DNA from: Tubulanus polymorphus
Lineage: Eukaryota > Animalia > Nemertea
Assembly: GCF_964204645.1 (NCBI RefSeq)
Contig: NC_134027.1
Span: 12,804,485-12,868,484, forward strand
Direction of reading: 5' to 3'
Length of the DNA stretch: 64,000 nucleotides
The position numbers and the translations under genes were made by a program. Of this stretch, positions 62,501 to 64,000 are shown one piece after another (positions within the stretch are counted from its first letter, which is position 1; each line of letters opens with the position of its first letter). A model generated the notes under the pieces. It was given only the letters and a program-made list of their open reading frames with translations. It searched no databases and was not told the origin of the DNA.

Positions 62501-62729
62501 CCTTTCAAGCCTTTCAATGTTTTGCAGTAAGAAACGGTATGCATTATACCATGGAAGAAATACATCTTTCAACACATCACGTACTCCATCCTCTTTGAAT
62601 CTCAGACTTTCAGCTCGTACCACAGGAGAATTGATTAAATACAATCTCAAAGCATCAGCTCCATACTTGTTCACCACTTCCAATGGATCAGGGTAGTTCT
62701 TTTTACGTTTGCTCATTTTTTGACCATCC
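62501..62729 (-). CDS. IARS1: IARS1 exon with the class I KMSKS-equivalent motif ([25 protein letters not shown])
   Basis: KMSKR signature of eukaryotic cytosolic IleRS. The gene continues beyond the window. Confidence 0.97.
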
Positions 62730-63046
62730 CTTTTAGACAAATATGTACACATATAGTGGTAATACAAATCAAGGGTTTACTGTGACACTGCTAACCCAAA
62801 TTCACTGCCATTCACTGCCCATATTATGCCAAATCCACTTCCATCTGCAGCAACTCTTTACGAAATTTGCAAATTTCTTGAAATCACTTTAAATCTGCAC
62901 TGGAGGCATCAGTTTAAATGATACATCTATTTTTACTGCATATTACAATAATCTCCTATGCCTGGTTTCCAGACGAGCCCCTTTGTAATGAAACTTAACT
63001 CTACACCATTTCTGGTGAGATTTAAGGATGATATATTTTGTTTCAG

Positions 63047-64000
63047 ACTAGGGGTCCAGGGACACCATGCCCACTTGGGAACTGGTTTTAAATGCTCAAT
63101 AATCGAACAATTTCAATATTCATCGCCCCCTGGTGACCATACACAAAAACCAATGACCTCGAAACTCACCACAATCATAGAATATGTCAGCAGCTACCAT
63201 TTTGTTATTGATTGTGATAACAAAATATGCCTCGTTACCAATTTAATATGGAAATACAAAGTTATTCTATTCAGTGCCCCCTGGTGACCATATTCAAAAC
63301 CCAATGACCTTGAAACTCACCACAATCATAGAACATGTCATGAACTACAACTTTGCAATCGATCATGGTAACAAGATATGCCTAGGCACCAATATAATAA
63401 GGAAATACTAAGTTATTATACTATTCAGCACCCCCTAGTGACCATATAGAATAGCTAATGTCCTTAAAACTCACCACAATCATAGACGATGTCATGAGCT
63501 ACAACTTTGCAATTGATTGTGGTAACAAATTATGCATTGGTACAAATATAATAAAGAAATACTAAGATATTGCATTATTCAATTCCCCCTGTTGACCATA
63601 TACAAAAACCAATGACCTTGAAACTCATCACAATCATAGAACACGTTATAAGCTACACTTTTCTTATTCAAATTATGCTGAGGTATCAATATAATGTTGA
63701 AAAAATTTTTTCCACTTATGAATGGGTACTGATGACACCAAGATGGCCGCCAATTGCATCATAATTGGCCAATCAAAATTACCTGTCTGATGTATTAAAC
63801 ATCCCTTTCCAAAGGATACCCATCAGCAATTGCAATGAGAAATGGCAAACCAGTAGGAAGCTACAGGACTCAAAATTCGGGCAAAAATTGACATTTTTGG
63901 GCACTAATAAGGTCATAGGACGGCCATCTTGAGTCCGATCGACCCAATTTTTGTTATGCTGATTGGCCCTGGGAAGATTCAAATAAATACGAAAGATCAA
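63047..64000 (+). mobile_element. Second copy of the HINE-like element (runs off the window)
   Basis: Colinear with 31456-32420 from ACTAGGGGTCCAGGGACACCATGCCCACTTGGGA onward. Confidence 0.85.

Overview
AT-rich animal (invertebrate-like) genomic DNA. The first ~32.7 kb is a patchwork of abutting, mostly decayed mobile elements: a palindromic ~30-bp satellite; a Polinton/Maverick (adintovirus-like) endogenous virus A (integrase, packaging ATPase, major and minor capsid, protein-primed PolB); a MITE; a BEL/Pao LTR retrotransposon; a fragment of a second related Polinton B; a LINE fragment; a second BEL fragment; and a HINE-like element. From ~33.9 kb to the end lie eleven 3' exons of cytosolic isoleucyl-tRNA synthetase (IARS1, minus strand). 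Its introns hold a full-length DIRS1-type retrotransposon (itself interrupted by a palindromic Penelope-like fragment carrying hammerhead motifs), hAT- and piggyBac-like non-autonomous elements and other remnants. The most striking observation is in Polinton B. Its PolB carries a ~355-aa LAGLIDADG intein inside the catalytic YFD|TDS motif, while the neighbouring Polinton A PolB has the empty site. Polinton B also encodes a decayed VLTF3-like late transcription factor, and several Polinton genes share a T-run + TAAAT(AA)ATG start motif. All calls come from reading the sequence by eye; no searches were run.
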